From the IMG/VR virus record IMGVR_UViG_3300049044_000033, positions 222,796 through 286,795 of that record: a stretch of DNA of 64,000 bases; one strand, written 5' to 3'. Origin of the DNA: a virus (lineage: Duplodnaviria; Heunggongvirae; Uroviricota; Caudoviricetes). Of the stretch, positions 8,247 to 16,414 are shown one piece after another. Under the pieces are notes generated by a model. That model did no database searches, was not told the origin of the DNA, and saw only the letters and a list, made by a program, of their open reading frames with translations. Position 1 is the first letter of the stretch, and each line of letters opens with the position of its first letter. The position numbers and the translations under genes were made by a program.

Positions 8247-10118
8247 ATGTCCAACAATATTAAGAAACTTACAGATTACCAACATGCGCGTCTCAGGACA
8301 GAAATGTACCTGGGTAGTCGTGCGCCACATACACAGACGATTCTTCAGATTGTAGATGGCAATCCTCAACCTGTTGAAATGACCTGGGTGCCTGCACTAT
8401 ATACGGCTTTTCGTGAGGTTCTCGATAACGCACTCGACGAAGTGATTGGCCATGGACATGGTAGCACTGTTAGAGTTAGCTACAATCCTTTGAATCGTGA
8501 AATGTCTATCGAGGATGACGGTCGCGGTATTCCGATTGCATATGATGAAGCACATAAGATGCACCTAGCAACTCTTGTTATGACCGAAGCTCGTGCGGGT
8601 CGTAACTTTGAGGAACGTGGCGAAGTAGCAGGTACTAATGGTATCGGTGCTAGCGTGGTGAACTTCTGCTCCGAGTTTTTCCGCCTTGACATCCAAAAGG
8701 ACGGCGAACGTTTCCAGCAAGAGTTCACTCAGGGCAATGCAGTCTTTGGTGACGAGTTACAGTTTGGCAAGGCAAAGCTGTCCAAGAAGACAGGCACAAA
8801 TGGCACTAAGGTAACCTTCAAACTGAGTAGCGAAGTATTCCCTGATCTAACGCTGCCGGAAGAGTTCATTCAGAGTCGTGTTGTTGAAGTTGCAATCTGT
8901 AACCCACTGGTCAAGATCTTCTACAATGGCAAGCAGATCAAGGTTAAGCCACGAGCTGAGCAGACCCTCTTCCCCGGTAGGAAGCCAATATCCATTGAGA
9001 TCAAGGAAGGTAGCTTCCGTAGCCGTTTTTGGATTGTGCCTAACTGGACAACTGGCGGCGATCATGTTCACACCATCGTGAATAACATTCCGGCTTTCAA
9101 CGGCGGTGTCCACATCGACACTTTCCGTCGACTCTTCTATGGTAATTTGCTAACTGCGCTTGAGCGCGAAAGCAAGCGTCGTAAGCTCAGCCCGAACCGT
9201 AGTGATGTTACCGAAGGTGTTCTGATCTACAACATCACAAATATGCACGGTCCTAACTTTGATAGTCAGTCCAAGACACGACTAATCAATGAAGAAGTCG
9301 GTAAGACGATCAGGACCTATCTAGAAGATCCAGAACTCTACAAGGACTTCATCAAGAAGAACAAGGACTGGATTGAGGAAATCTATAAGCGTTGTGCTGA
9401 ACGCACGATGAAGAAGGATGCCGGTGATCTCGCTAGAGCGGCCAAGAAGAACCTGCGCAACAAGGTTCCCAAGCTTATGGACGCAAGTGGCAAGGATCGC
9501 TCTAAGTGTATTCTCTTCCTAGCTGAGGGTGACTCGGCTATTGCGGGCATGGGCAGCGTTCGTGATCCTGACTATCATGGCGGGCTTGGCATGAGGGGTA
9601 AGGTTCTCAACGTCAATGGCGAATCTCCTAAGAAGGTTGTCGATAACAAGGAACTTGCAGACATTATGAGCTGCTTGGGTCTGATTATCGGTCAGAAGGC
9701 AGACCGCAAGGAACTTCGCTACGGCAAGGTTTATGTGGCTCATGATATGGATCCAGACGGACTTAATATTGGCGCTCTCTTGATCAATTTCTTCCACACT
9801 TATTGGCCTGAGTTGTTTGAAGATCAGGATAATCCGTTCGTCCACATTTTCCGCACTCCCTTTATCATCGCAGAGAAGGGTAAGTCGCGCAAATACTGGT
9901 ATGCTCATAACTACCAGGACTTTAAGCCAGAAGACTACAGCGGATGGACGATCACTCGCGCAAAGGGTCTCGGCACTCTTACTCGTGAGGACTGGGAATA
10001 CTCTCTCAAGAATCCGGAAGTCTACCCAGTTGTGGATGATGGCAAGATGGGTGAGACACTGGACCTGATCTTTAACGGTAAGCGGTCAGACGATAGAAAA
10101 ACCTGGATTGGCCTTTGA
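8247..10118 (+). CDS. DNA topoisomerase II large subunit (T4 gp39-like, GyrB-type ATPase + TOPRIM)
   Basis: 623 aa. GHKL ATPase motifs (EVLDNALDE, GTNGIG) and TOPRIM LFLAEGDSAIAG. The TOPRIM region is contiguous with gene 39, so the T4 gp60 equivalent appears fused. Confidence 0.85.
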   Translation: MSNNIKKLTDYQHARLRTEMYLGSRAPHTQTILQIVDGNPQPVEMTWVPALYTAFREVLDNALDEVIGHGHGSTVRVSYNPLNREMSIEDDGRGIPIAYDEAHKMHLATLVMTEARAGRNFEERGEVAGTNGIGASVVNFCSEFFRLDIQKDGERFQQEFTQGNAVFGDELQFGKAKLSKKTGTNGTKVTFKLSSEVFPDLTLPEEFIQSRVVEVAICNPLVKIFYNGKQIKVKPRAEQTLFPGRKPISIEIKEGSFRSRFWIVPNWTTGGDHVHTIVNNIPAFNGGVHIDTFRRLFYGNLLTALERESKRRKLSPNRSDVTEGVLIYNITNMHGPNFDSQSKTRLINEEVGKTIRTYLEDPELYKDFIKKNKDWIEEIYKRCAERTMKKDAGDLARAAKKNLRNKVPKLMDASGKDRSKCILFLAEGDSAIAGMGSVRDPDYHGGLGMRGKVLNVNGESPKKVVDNKELADIMSCLGLIIGQKADRKELRYGKVYVAHDMDPDGLNIGALLINFFHTYWPELFEDQDNPFVHIFRTPFIIAEKGKSRKYWYAHNYQDFKPEDYSGWTITRAKGLGTLTREDWEYSLKNPEVYPVVDDGKMGETLDLIFNGKRSDDRKTWIGL

Positions 10119-10390
10119 TAAACGATCTTGGACCTAATTATGTTTATGTGAGCTTTAAAGGGGAGGATGAGGATTCCCTTGAAAGCCAGATATACCATTG
10201 GTTTAAGCCAACTGGTCACTGGATTCCATATCAGAAACTGATTTGGTCAGATGCACCTCGTGGCATAGACCGAAAACTCCTTGGCAAATGGTATAGCGTT
10301 GTACGCAATACAAAAGGTTTTATTTGGGACTACGAAGATTACGATCCCGATGTGGTTCTCATGTTCAAACTAACTTGGGGCGGGGCCTGA
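10115..10390 (+). CDS. FKLxWGG-family small protein, array member 1
   Basis: TTG start overlaps the topo II stop. C-terminus VLMFKLTWGGA. Confidence 0.55.
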   Translation: MINDLGPNYVYVSFKGEDEDSLESQIYHWFKPTGHWIPYQKLIWSDAPRGIDRKLLGKWYSVVRNTKGFIWDYEDYDPDVVLMFKLTWGGA

Positions 10391-10644
10391 TGGAAGTTTC
10401 TCTATGGTCCTTTGGAATTCATCCAACTACAAATGAATCCCTCGGGTGTGTGACTACTGACTCACCTGAGGTGTTTAAACTCTGGTTAAACTCTGCCTGT
10501 CCTAATCACCAGGTGATACTAGAATATGAACGCTCAGAAGGTGCCATTCGAGAAGAGGGTGGCCACCTTTGGAGATTGAATGTTAAGATGTTTTCTCGAA
10601 AAGAGGCAGTTCTATTCAAATTAAGATGGCATGATAACAAATGA
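10390..10644 (+). CDS. FKLxWGG-family small protein, array member 2
   Basis: ATG in TGATG overlap with member 1. C-terminus AVLFKLRWHDNK. Confidence 0.55.
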   Translation: MEVSLWSFGIHPTTNESLGCVTTDSPEVFKLWLNSACPNHQVILEYERSEGAIREEGGHLWRLNVKMFSRKEAVLFKLRWHDNK

Positions 10645-10895
10645 CCGAATGGTTTTCATCTGGACGTCTAGAAGTATCAGGCTTCTACCTTAATGAATCT
10701 GGTTGGCTTGTTAATCTCACGACAACTGATCCACTTGAAATTGAAGACTGGTGTTGTGATAACATTAGAGATGACTGGGAAATAAGAAAGATGCAAATGA
10801 GGAGCAGGTCTAAAGATCAGGAATGGTATGTCACCATCAAATTAGATTCTGACCGAGATTATATGCTTCTCAAACTTCGCTGGCAAAACGTATGA
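10641..10895 (+). CDS. FKLxWGG-family small protein, array member 3
   Basis: ATGA overlap. C-terminus YMLLKLRWQNV. Confidence 0.55.
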   Translation: MTEWFSSGRLEVSGFYLNESGWLVNLTTTDPLEIEDWCCDNIRDDWEIRKMQMRSRSKDQEWYVTIKLDSDRDYMLLKLRWQNV

Positions 10896-11161
10896 ACAAT
10901 CTTGATGAAACTTGGTATGAACCTTCGCCGGATGATCATATCGCGTATATCACTAGGCAGAGGATCATAGAGATCGGGAACAACCCTTCTGGTGATTTCC
11001 TCTTAATGGGAATCGCATATCGTCAAGGTTTCAGCATTTTATCCCGATGGTGTAGAGTTAATTGTAAGGACCCCGGCAAACCTGTTAATGTGCGCGGTGA
11101 GACAGGTTGGGCGTTTAACAACAAGGATGATGCCCTTCTCTTTAAGCTAACTTGGGGTTGA
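10892..11161 (+). CDS. FKLxWGG-family small protein, array member 4
   Basis: ATGA overlap. C-terminus DALLFKLTWG. Confidence 0.55.
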   Translation: MNNLDETWYEPSPDDHIAYITRQRIIEIGNNPSGDFLLMGIAYRQGFSILSRWCRVNCKDPGKPVNVRGETGWAFNNKDDALLFKLTWG

Positions 11162-11163
11162 GA

Positions 11164-11547
11164 ATGAAACGCACAAATACCCTCTATGATCTAGAAACCA
11201 CTGCCAAGTTCTGGTTGCTCCAACTGCGCGGTACAAAGATCCAAATTAACCGAGATAATGTTTCTTCTGCTTATGAGTGGTGTAGCTCTAATGTGAAGAA
11301 GCAATGGGCATGGCATCACAAGCCTGATCTAATTGATGATAAGACTCTAGTTCAAAATCTCAGATACCATTTCACCAGAGAATATACTGAAGATCAAGCT
11401 CTTAGTCGAATGGCTGAGGAAATAAGCGAAGATCTAGATCATGAGATCCTTTTCAACTTAGGAGTGGTTGCTTACAAGCAGGCATTTTTCTGGTTTGAAG
11501 ATGATAATGAGGCTATGCGGTTTAAGCTGTCGTGGGGTGAAAGGTGA
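11164..11547 (+). CDS. FKLxWGG-family small protein, array member 5
   Basis: ATG 3 nt after the previous stop. C-terminus EAMRFKLSWGER. Confidence 0.55.
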   Translation: MKRTNTLYDLETTAKFWLLQLRGTKIQINRDNVSSAYEWCSSNVKKQWAWHHKPDLIDDKTLVQNLRYHFTREYTEDQALSRMAEEISEDLDHEILFNLGVVAYKQAFFWFEDDNEAMRFKLSWGER

Positions 11548-11834
11548 AAGACTACGATTTCGTTACAGTCTATGTGCCTTACGCCGGTAGGACTGGTCGA
11601 ACTGAATTTAGCCATTTGATCTCTGAGGAAGTCATTGCTTGGCTAGATGAAAACATAGGTAAGGGAACAATCTCCTATCGTCACTGGCTCCTCGAGCACG
11701 ACAATGATACCTATGCTTGGACCTATAAGGGAACTTCCTACGACCCCTCGACCAACTATACCAAGATAGTTCGCGAGTTCTGTTTCCGTAACATGGATGA
11801 TGCTACTCGGTTCAAATTAGTCTGGGGCGGCTAA
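11544..11834 (+). CDS. FKLxWGG-family small protein, array member 6
   Basis: GTGA overlap. N-terminus DYDFVTVYVPYAG resembles member 7. C-terminus DATRFKLVWGG. Confidence 0.55.
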   Translation: MKDYDFVTVYVPYAGRTGRTEFSHLISEEVIAWLDENIGKGTISYRHWLLEHDNDTYAWTYKGTSYDPSTNYTKIVREFCFRNMDDATRFKLVWGG

Positions 11835-11841
11835 TTAATAG

Positions 11842-12141
11842 ATGAAAGCAGTAAATTACGAAGTCGTCACAGTCTACGTTCCTAATTCACCTAAAATTGG
11901 TAAGATGAATGGTAAGGATTCTTTCCTTTGTGCTGAGCTAATCGAATGGCTTACTATGATGTATGGCTATCAGGCTCCAAACAGCTATCATTTCATTGCC
12001 AACTTAGATAATAATGCCTATGGTTGGGCTTGGGGTCGTTCCTCAGAACCAATGTTCGTTCAATCCGATCCTTGCTGGACTTTCATGTTCAAGAAAGAGT
12101 CAGATGCCCTCATGTTCAAGCTAACTTGGGGTGGACATTGA
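11842..12141 (+). CDS. FKLxWGG-family small protein, array member 7
   Basis: N-terminus NYEVVTVYVPNSP. C-terminus DALMFKLTWGGH. Confidence 0.55.
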   Translation: MKAVNYEVVTVYVPNSPKIGKMNGKDSFLCAELIEWLTMMYGYQAPNSYHFIANLDNNAYGWAWGRSSEPMFVQSDPCWTFMFKKESDALMFKLTWGGH

Positions 12142-12146
12142 ATCAG

Positions 12147-12407
12147 ATGAGGTTCGACGCATTTGAGATTACTCGTGTTATGCGAGAGCTACAGTTACCT
12201 TGGGATCATGACTATAAATCTTGGGAACAAGAATGGACTGCTAATCTCACCAGAGTTATTGACGTTCTGACTCAATGGTGTAAGGATAGTGGCATAACGG
12301 GTCACTATAGCTTTGGCTTCACTCAGATCGAACTTTGCGTAACCTTTCAAGAGAAGAAGGACGCAATGTTGTTCAAGCTGAGGTGGCACAATGGAGCGAG
12401 AGCCTGA
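12147..12407 (+). CDS. FKLxWGG-family small protein, array member 8
   Basis: ATG 6 nt after the previous stop (the six-frame ORF 12024.. is an upstream read-through). C-terminus DAMLFKLRWHNGARA. Confidence 0.5.
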   Translation: MRFDAFEITRVMRELQLPWDHDYKSWEQEWTANLTRVIDVLTQWCKDSGITGHYSFGFTQIELCVTFQEKKDAMLFKLRWHNGARA

Positions 12408-12594
12408 ATCGGGTTATGTGAGATTTACCCCTCCTGTGGAAAACAGGAGTGATCGTTATTTCCGTGTCTGGGAAATACTAGACGAAATGAATCTCCGAAG
12501 ACTAGTAGCGTTCTGCTACGAGGGAAATATGAAATTGGTAGGTCTTTGCTTTCCCACTAAGCAGGAAGCAATGACTTTTAGGTTGAAACTCTAA
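12391..12594 (+). CDS. FKLxWGG-family small protein, array member 9 (divergent)
   Basis: 67 aa. C-terminus EAMTFRLKL. Confidence 0.45.
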   Translation: MEREPESGYVRFTPPVENRSDRYFRVWEILDEMNLRRLVAFCYEGNMKLVGLCFPTKQEAMTFRLKL

Positions 12595-12845
12595 TGGCTA
12601 CAGTTCACAGAAACGGTATTCCTCCTAAGCGTCTACTTCACAAGAAGATAGAGACCTTCTCCGATATGGAATTCAAAGAAGATCAGATTGTTGATTGGTT
12701 GAAAGAGAACATCGATCACCGTGTCCAATATGACTACACAGTATTCAACGGATCTAAGGGTAAGCTCAACCGAACAATTGAATTCACAGTTTGGTTCCAG
12801 ACCAAGCAGGATGCTGAAAAGTTCTCCGAGGTATGGAAGAAGTGA
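12594..12845 (+). CDS. array member 10 (divergent C-terminus)
   Basis: 83 aa, ATG in TAATG overlap. C-terminus QDAEKFSEVWKK keeps the D-A-x-x-F...W spacing. Confidence 0.45.
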   Translation: MATVHRNGIPPKRLLHKKIETFSDMEFKEDQIVDWLKENIDHRVQYDYTVFNGSKGKLNRTIEFTVWFQTKQDAEKFSEVWKK

Positions 12846-13138
12846 ATACTAGGATTTATATCGTTGATCGTGTTGATCAAGTAAAGTGGTATGTGGATGA
12901 AAGCCAAGCTACCACCTTCACACTTCAGCTTGAAGACAATCACAAAGCCATCAGGGAGTGGCTTGAGCTCATGACGCAAGATATTGTGGTTATCAGCGGC
13001 CAAGGCGTTATGCCTCGCGTGGGCACGGCTGATCATCCCACAAACGTCTATGCTGCTATCCAGCGCAACCAGTATCGTCTATATTTCGCCAACCCCGACG
13101 ACGCGATGCTATTCAAACTCAGATGGGGTGGTGAATAA
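12833..13138 (+). CDS. FKLxWGG-family small protein, array member 11
   Basis: C-terminus DDAMLFKLRWGGE. Stop overlaps the next ATG (TAATG). Confidence 0.55.
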   Translation: MEEVNTRIYIVDRVDQVKWYVDESQATTFTLQLEDNHKAIREWLELMTQDIVVISGQGVMPRVGTADHPTNVYAAIQRNQYRLYFANPDDAMLFKLRWGGE

Positions 13139-13320
13139 TGCCTAGTTGTAATCTCTATAAAGTAGCCCTACTGAGTGATAGAGTCGAGGGTCCTAATGTG
13201 CTGGTATTCTACGCCTATCACATGAGCGAAGCCAAAGCCAAAGCCGCAGCAATTCGTTGGGGACAAGCTCAACATCCTGGCGCTAATATCAGTGTGGATA
13301 GGATTGACAAAGCCACATAA
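13138..13320 (+). CDS. array member 12 (divergent, C-terminal extension)
   Basis: 60 aa. AKAAAIRWGQ resembles the family motif, followed by a 20 aa tail. Confidence 0.4.
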   Translation: MPSCNLYKVALLSDRVEGPNVLVFYAYHMSEAKAKAAAIRWGQAQHPGANISVDRIDKAT

Positions 13321-13356
13321 GACATTAATGTAGGCACATGAGCTTAAGAAGCTCTA

Positions 13357-13743
13357 ATGTTTAATCTTTGGCGGCCAGTGAAACTCAGCTATCATCCTTT
13401 CCTCAGTCCCTTCCGCCCTTATAAGGTTGTGTGGCGTCTTCCATATGACCTTGTAAGTTCGCACGAACGTGGATCTCCCTATGGGGAAAGGAATATTCAA
13501 GGTCATCGTTGGGTGATTCGGCGAGATGCTCAGGATTGGCTAATGGCTAGGGCTCCAGCAAAGTGGCTCAAGATCTTCAACATTGCATCTGTGAAATTCT
13601 ACATCAGAAGTGGCTTGATTCCTTTCACCCTCAAAGCTAATAATGGGCGATTGGAAATGGGAGGGAAGCCTCCTGCGATATGGTTTGCTCGAAAGGCAGA
13701 TGCTTTGATTTTTAAGTTGACCTATGGTGTTAGGGATGAATGA
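13357..13743 (+). CDS. FKLxWGG-family small protein, array member 13
   Basis: C-terminus DALIFKLTYGVRDE. Confidence 0.5.
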   Translation: MFNLWRPVKLSYHPFLSPFRPYKVVWRLPYDLVSSHERGSPYGERNIQGHRWVIRRDAQDWLMARAPAKWLKIFNIASVKFYIRSGLIPFTLKANNGRLEMGGKPPAIWFARKADALIFKLTYGVRDE

Positions 13744-14092
13744 AGATCCTGAGATTGAAGAGGTCTCAAAGGTATTCTGCCCCGCTGGATTGAAGTTCAC
13801 TCGTGGGTATCGTCTTCGGCTTCCAGTTGGGCCTGTTCCAATTAATCACAAGCAAAATGGCTACTTCAGACATGGCTTCAAAAATGAAGTCCGCCATTGG
13901 CTAAAAGCCAACGTGGGAGAGACGGTTAGTCACGCGGAGTGGGAACTTGAGGGTAAAGGCGACTGGTTGTTTGTAGGTAGTCAACAAGCCAGCTTTGAGA
14001 GTCAGTATGCTAGGCAAACTCTAGTCAACTTCTTATTTGCTGACAAGAGCAAAGCTATGATGTTTAAGCTGGTTTGGATGGGCAGGCTGTGA
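13736..14092 (+). CDS. FKLxWGG-family small protein, array member 14
   Basis: ATG in ATGAATGA overlap with member 13. C-terminus KAMMFKLVWMGRL. Confidence 0.5.
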   Translation: MNEDPEIEEVSKVFCPAGLKFTRGYRLRLPVGPVPINHKQNGYFRHGFKNEVRHWLKANVGETVSHAEWELEGKGDWLFVGSQQASFESQYARQTLVNFLFADKSKAMMFKLVWMGRL

Positions 14093-14337
14093 CAGTCTAC
14101 TGTGCTAAAACGGGCCAGGAGCTCATAGAAATCTCCGTAAACTTATGGGATAAGGGCTTCAAGTTTAAGGCTGATGAATTCTTCGACTTAGTAGATAGTT
14201 GGGCCATTAAACAAGGTTGGTCTATTCCTCGAGATTGTCACCATATTAGTTCAACCCATGGTTACCAACTCCGCTTGCAAACCTTCTGCTTCAGAGACCC
14301 TAACAAGGCTATGATGTTTAAACTAGCCTGGGCTTAA
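14074..14337 (+). CDS. FKLxWGG-family small protein, array member 15
   Basis: N-terminus MDGQAVTVYCAK. C-terminus KAMMFKLAWA. Confidence 0.5.
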   Translation: MDGQAVTVYCAKTGQELIEISVNLWDKGFKFKADEFFDLVDSWAIKQGWSIPRDCHHISSTHGYQLRLQTFCFRDPNKAMMFKLAWA

Positions 14338-14345
14338 CCAGTTTA

Positions 14346-14375
14346 TTGACATGCCTCCTGTGCGCTAAGTAAAAT
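14346..14375 (+). promoter_or_regulatory. sigma70-like promoter candidate upstream of topo II medium subunit
   Basis: TTGACA, then an 18 nt spacer, then TAAAAT. Located between the array end and the 14400 start. Confidence 0.3.
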
Positions 14376-14399
14376 ACGCACAGAAACAAAGGCATCTCA

Positions 14400-15749
14400 A
14401 TGACTCAAAATAGCTCTGATTATATCCTAGATACTTCACGTGAATATTCTATCTACGTCTGCGAATCTCGCGCCATCCCTAAAGTGACCGATGGTCTTAA
14501 GGATGCCCAACGCAAAGCACTCTGGCTTGTAAAGGGCAAAGCTGATAAGATCAAGACTGTTTCCCTTGCTGGTGAAATGATCTCAAGCGGTCTTTACCTA
14601 CATGGCGACGCATCGGCAGCATCTTCGATCTCTATGTTGGCAGCACCCTATGTGAACAATATTCCTTTGCTAGATGGCATTGGATCGTTCGGTACTCGTG
14701 TTGCGCCCGTAGATGGCATTGGTGCACCTCGTTACACCTACGTAAAGCGCGGTAAAGCAGCTCAGGAACTCATGTTTCCTGATATGGATATTGTCCCAGT
14801 TAAGGAGAACTATGATGGATCTACCATCGAGCCTCAGCACTTTCTTCCTCTTATTCCCACGGTTCTTCTCAACGGAGTCAGTGGCATCGCTGTCGGTTGG
14901 AGCACTGAAATTCTACCCCGCAGCTTTAAGAGTCTCCTCGACGCTACTCTAATGATCTTGGATGGGAAGAAGATCAAGCGTATCCCTCCTTCCTACGAAC
15001 TCTACAAAGTCGGTGTAAAGCACCTTGAGGAAAACTCTTGGGAGTTTACAGGTAAACTCAACATCGTTGATACCTCAACGATCAAGATCACTGAGTTACC
15101 GCCTGAACTGACTTTAGAGAAGTTCAAAGAGCGTTTGAATACGTTTGAGGATGAGAACAAGATTTCCTCCTATACTGATCGCTCTACTGACACCATCGAT
15201 ATTACGATCAAGATGGCACGAGGCGCCTGTAAGGGTTGGCACGAAACTAGAGCTATTGAGTATTTCAAGCTCAAGCAAAAGAAGTCAGAGCGTATCGTTG
15301 TCATCGACTGGAATGGCACTTCTATTCGCCAATATGAGAACGCTGAGAAGCTCATTGAAGATTTCGTGGCTTGGCGTTTGAACTGGTATGTTGTTCGTTA
15401 TGAGAACAAGGTAGCCAAAGATGATTATGAACTTGGCTTCTGGAAGGGTGTGAAGCTTTGCTTTGATAGCAAGCTGCCTGCTCGTTTGGGCACAATTAAG
15501 AGTCGAGCCGAACTAGATGCTGATGTTCAGACCACTACTGGAAAGCTTAACTTAGATTCAAAGCGTATTGACCGCATCGTAAATCTACCTGCTCATCGCT
15601 GGACCAAGGATGCGTATGGTGATGTGTTGGCTAAGATCAAGGAACTTGAAGCCAATATTAAGGAATACAAAGCCATCCTCAAGGATCCTGAACGTCGCAA
15701 GGCAATCTACCGTGAAGAGCTCGAAGCTCTGAAGAAAGTTAGGTTTTGA
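14400..15749 (+). CDS. DNA topoisomerase II medium subunit (T4 gp52-like, GyrA-type cleavage/religation domain)
   Basis: 449 aa. N-terminus ESRAIPKVTDGLKDAQRKALW is typical of GyrA/ParC/gp52 with the winged-helix and active-site Tyr region. Confidence 0.8.
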   Translation: MTQNSSDYILDTSREYSIYVCESRAIPKVTDGLKDAQRKALWLVKGKADKIKTVSLAGEMISSGLYLHGDASAASSISMLAAPYVNNIPLLDGIGSFGTRVAPVDGIGAPRYTYVKRGKAAQELMFPDMDIVPVKENYDGSTIEPQHFLPLIPTVLLNGVSGIAVGWSTEILPRSFKSLLDATLMILDGKKIKRIPPSYELYKVGVKHLEENSWEFTGKLNIVDTSTIKITELPPELTLEKFKERLNTFEDENKISSYTDRSTDTIDITIKMARGACKGWHETRAIEYFKLKQKKSERIVVIDWNGTSIRQYENAEKLIEDFVAWRLNWYVVRYENKVAKDDYELGFWKGVKLCFDSKLPARLGTIKSRAELDADVQTTTGKLNLDSKRIDRIVNLPAHRWTKDAYGDVLAKIKELEANIKEYKAILKDPERRKAIYREELEALKKVRF

Positions 15750-16414
15750 TGGCGTCTAACCCTCTTGGTGAAACTAGGGCCTTGTTTGAGATTGCCCACT
15801 TGAGTCTCAACATGCCTGCTCTTTTGAGAGATGCACCAAAGGGTGACGGTCATCCTGTTATTGTGCTGCCTGGTTTCTGCGCTGGGCAGCACAGCACATT
15901 AGTCCTCCGCTACCTACTCAACGAGTTAGGTTATAAACCGATCGACTGGGGACAAGGCGTCAACTTAGGTCCGAGTGATTCACAAGATGCTGCCTTAGAT
16001 GCACTCTTGGCTAAATCTTCTGAGCACCAGCAAGTCAGTTTGATTGGGTGGAGTCTCGGCGGAATGTATGCTAGAGCTCTAGCAAATGAGTTTCCCGATA
16101 AGGTGCGCAGAGTCTTTACCCTAGGAACCCCGCACAAGAGCGATCCAACATCTAGCAACCTACGTGCTATCTTTGAGCTAGTTAGTTCTAAGAAGCTCTC
16201 AGATTTGGATTTAGAAGAGGTTCTCAGGATGATCAAAGATCCCCCAGTCCCGCTAGTGAGCCTCTATACCAAAAGTGACGGCGTGGTAAACTGGAAGGAT
16301 TGTATCGCGGATGGTCCTTTGACAGAAAACGTCGAGGTCACAGGAAGCCACTTAGGACTTACCCACAACCTCGACGTCCTTAACGCCCTGTTGGAGCGGC
16401 TACCTCAACGGTAG
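15746..16414 (+). CDS. alpha/beta-hydrolase fold protein (lipase/esterase-like)
   Basis: 222 aa. GWSLGG nucleophile elbow (GxSxG). ATGA overlap with the upstream stop. Confidence 0.6.
   Translation: MMASNPLGETRALFEIAHLSLNMPALLRDAPKGDGHPVIVLPGFCAGQHSTLVLRYLLNELGYKPIDWGQGVNLGPSDSQDAALDALLAKSSEHQQVSLIGWSLGGMYARALANEFPDKVRRVFTLGTPHKSDPTSSNLRAIFELVSSKKLSDLDLEEVLRMIKDPPVPLVSLYTKSDGVVNWKDCIADGPLTENVEVTGSHLGLTHNLDVLNALLERLPQR

Noticed and set aside
8480-9113. Small ORFs (82, 88, 67 aa) within the topoisomerase gene
   Set aside because: Embedded in or antisense to the gp39-like ORF, which has GHKL and TOPRIM motifs.
10324-12407. Long six-frame ORF versions (10324.., 11152.., 12024.., 13724..) with N-terminal extensions
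   Set aside because: The extensions overlap the conserved C-termini of the preceding members in another frame. Internal ATGs placed 0-6 nt from the upstream stop give the coupled gene models used instead.
10115-14337. CRISPR array or DNA-level tandem repeat interpretation of the small-ORF block
   Set aside because: Units are 180-390 nt coding sequences of differing length with protein-level, not nucleotide-level, periodicity. No short identical direct repeats with unique spacers.
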